From Heterodontus francisci (taxonomy: Eukaryota), in the NCBI RefSeq assembly GCF_036365525.1, contig NC_090408.1:30310269-30374268 (forward strand): a stretch of 64,000 nt of DNA, read 5' to 3'. A program made the position numbers and the translations under genes. Of the stretch, positions 62,255-64,000 are shown piece after piece; position 1 is the stretch's first letter, and each line of letters begins with the position of its first letter. Under the pieces are notes generated by a model, which did not search any database, had not been told where the DNA came from, and saw only the letters and a program-made list of their open reading frames with translations.

Positions 62255-63325
62255 GCACCTTATTCTCAGGATGTCCCAAACTGTTTCACAATTAAGTACT
62301 TGTTTTTTGAAGTTTGCTCATGGGCCTGGTCACATTGCCGTGGAACGCTCCATCCAATTGGACCGTGCCGTACCACTTATCCTTCGTGGAAAAGCTTCTG
62401 TGGAAAAACACCTTTGACCACCAATCCATCCGGCAGTGGTCTGCACAGAATGTCCTCAAGGCCCTGCGGGAAAAGGATATGGTGGATCCCCGAGCAGACC
62501 GCCAAAGTCATTTGGCGGAATGCCTCATCACCAGAACTTTCAAACAAGTACCAAGATGTAGCTTGGCTGGAGGTGAGAAGTGCCCTCCCTGTCAGATCCT
62601 TCCTGCACGCCCGGAGTCTCGTACCCTCTGCGCAATGCCCTCGAGGTGGCTGTGGTGGGGAAGAGACGGTTGCCCTTCTGGAATGTGTCCTTGCAAAGCA
62701 GGTGTGGAAAGAGATGCAGTGGTTTTTGTCTAGGTTCATCCCAAGCAGCTCTGTAACACAGAAGTCTGTGCTCTACGGGCTGTTCCCAGGGACGCACACC
62801 GAGATTAACATCAACTGCTGCTGGAGGACTATCAATTCGGTGAAAGACGCCCTTTGGTCTGCCCGAAACTTGCTGGTCTTCCAGCGCAAAGAGTTGTTCA
62901 CGACCGAATGTTGTAGACTGGCACATTCCAAGGTCCAGGACTACATGCTGAGGGACGCACTAAAGCTTGGGGCAGCCGCGGCAAAGGCTCAATGGGGAAA
63001 GACCACTGTGTAAGGTCCCCCCACCAAGCTGAACTGAGGGGCTGGATTCATGAAAAACCCCTCGGGCTGTATACGGAAAATATTTGTTTGCTGCAAAAAG
63101 TACATGGCAGGTAAAATGAAACGGAAGGGTTGTGCGGCAACTCACTCCTGTATTGAAGGAAACTGATCTCCTTTACACTCTTTGTATTGTTGACTTGGTG
63201 CTGTTTTGAACTGTTTTGTAATGTATTTTTTTACAGTTTTTTACAAGTAAAGTATATTTTGGAAATAAAAAAACAGTTGTTATGTAGGCAAAAGCAGCAG
63301 CCGATGGCAGACAGCTAGGACCCAA
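62255..63325 (-). mobile_element. Deu-SINE tail fragment, split by the Tx1 insertion (62255-62313, 63274-63325)
   Basis: CTCAGGATGTCCCAAA..TTTTGAAGT continues as GTTGTTATGTAGGCAAAAGCAGCAGCC. Confidence 0.65.
62314..63273 (+). mobile_element. Tx1/L1-clade LINE 3' fragment
   Basis: C-terminal zinc-binding region LPVRSFL..CPRGGCGGEETV..LLEC..KQVW, KDALWSARN, 3'UTR and an AATAAAAAAA tail. Confidence 0.9.
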
Positions 63326-63569
63326 ACGAAAAGCATATATTATTGTGAGCATCATTTACCACATAGAGTTATTGACCACGTACAAGAAGACTTGCTCTGT
63401 TCACTGAAATCAGAAACATTCTATGAATGCATTTATGAAGTTTCCTCACAGAGGGGCCAATTCCACAGCTAGGTACCATGGTGCCACTGCTGTTGCTCCG
63501 TGTGCCCACAAACCTTACTGGATAATTTCAGTTGCAAAATTTGCAGGCGCTCCAGTCACCCATCGCATG

Positions 63570-64000
63570 ACAAAGAACAAACAAAGAACAAAGAACAGTA
63601 CAGCACAGGAACAGGCCATTCGGCCCTCCAAGCCTGCGCCGATCTTGATGCCTGCCTAAACTAAAACCTTCTGCACTTCCGGGGACCGTATCCCTCTATT
63701 CCCATCCTATTCATGTATTTGTCAAGATGCCTCTTAAATGTCGCTATCGTTCCTGCTTCCACCATCTCCCCCGGCAGCAAGTTCCAGGCACTCACCACCC
63801 TCTGTGTAAAGAACTTGCTTCGCACATCCCCTCTAAACTTTGCCCCTCTCACCTTAAACCTATGTCCCCCTAGTAACTGACTCTTCCACCTTGGGAAAAA
63901 GCTTCTGACTATCCACACTGTCCATGCCGCTCATAACTTTGTAAACCTCTATCATGTCGCCCCCTCCACCTCCGTCGTTCCAGTGAAAACAATCCGAGTT
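63570..64000 (-). mobile_element. Young CR1 3' end (runs off the window), same subfamily as 45276-46593
   Basis: (AAAGAAC)n tail and near-identical HRFKVRGAKFRGDVR..YGPRKCRRF. Confidence 0.96.

Overview
Vertebrate nuclear DNA, almost certainly from a cartilaginous fish (shark), judged from its repeat complement: HE1-type V-SINEs, Deu-domain SINEs, many CR1 LINEs, L2, RTE, Tx1, Penelope-like elements, PIF/Harbinger elements and solo LTRs. The window is intronic/intergenic and dominated by transposon debris, often nested several layers deep. Nearly all ORFs in the supplied track are spurious or TE fragments. The only host-gene candidate is a 13-nt coding micro first exon on the minus strand (12223-12235, ATG GAA TGT CAA G|gtaagt, M-E-C-Q) in a TE-poor island. 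Its structure matches the B-isoform first exon of FGF12 (MESK-E), but this is an inference. Other notable structures: minimal hammerhead ribozyme cores in the Penelope termini, two Penelope fold-back hairpins, a decayed two-gene Harbinger (HARBI1-like transposase plus convergent spliced Myb/SANT gene), a CR1 insertion carrying a copy of nearby genomic DNA at its 5' junction, an unexplained A/C-skewed segment fused to another CR1 5' junction, and a 9-kb nest built on one L2. There is no CRISPR, rRNA or genuine tRNA gene, and I found no clear evidence of a wholly new biological system. Boundaries of old repeats were read by eye and are approximate.
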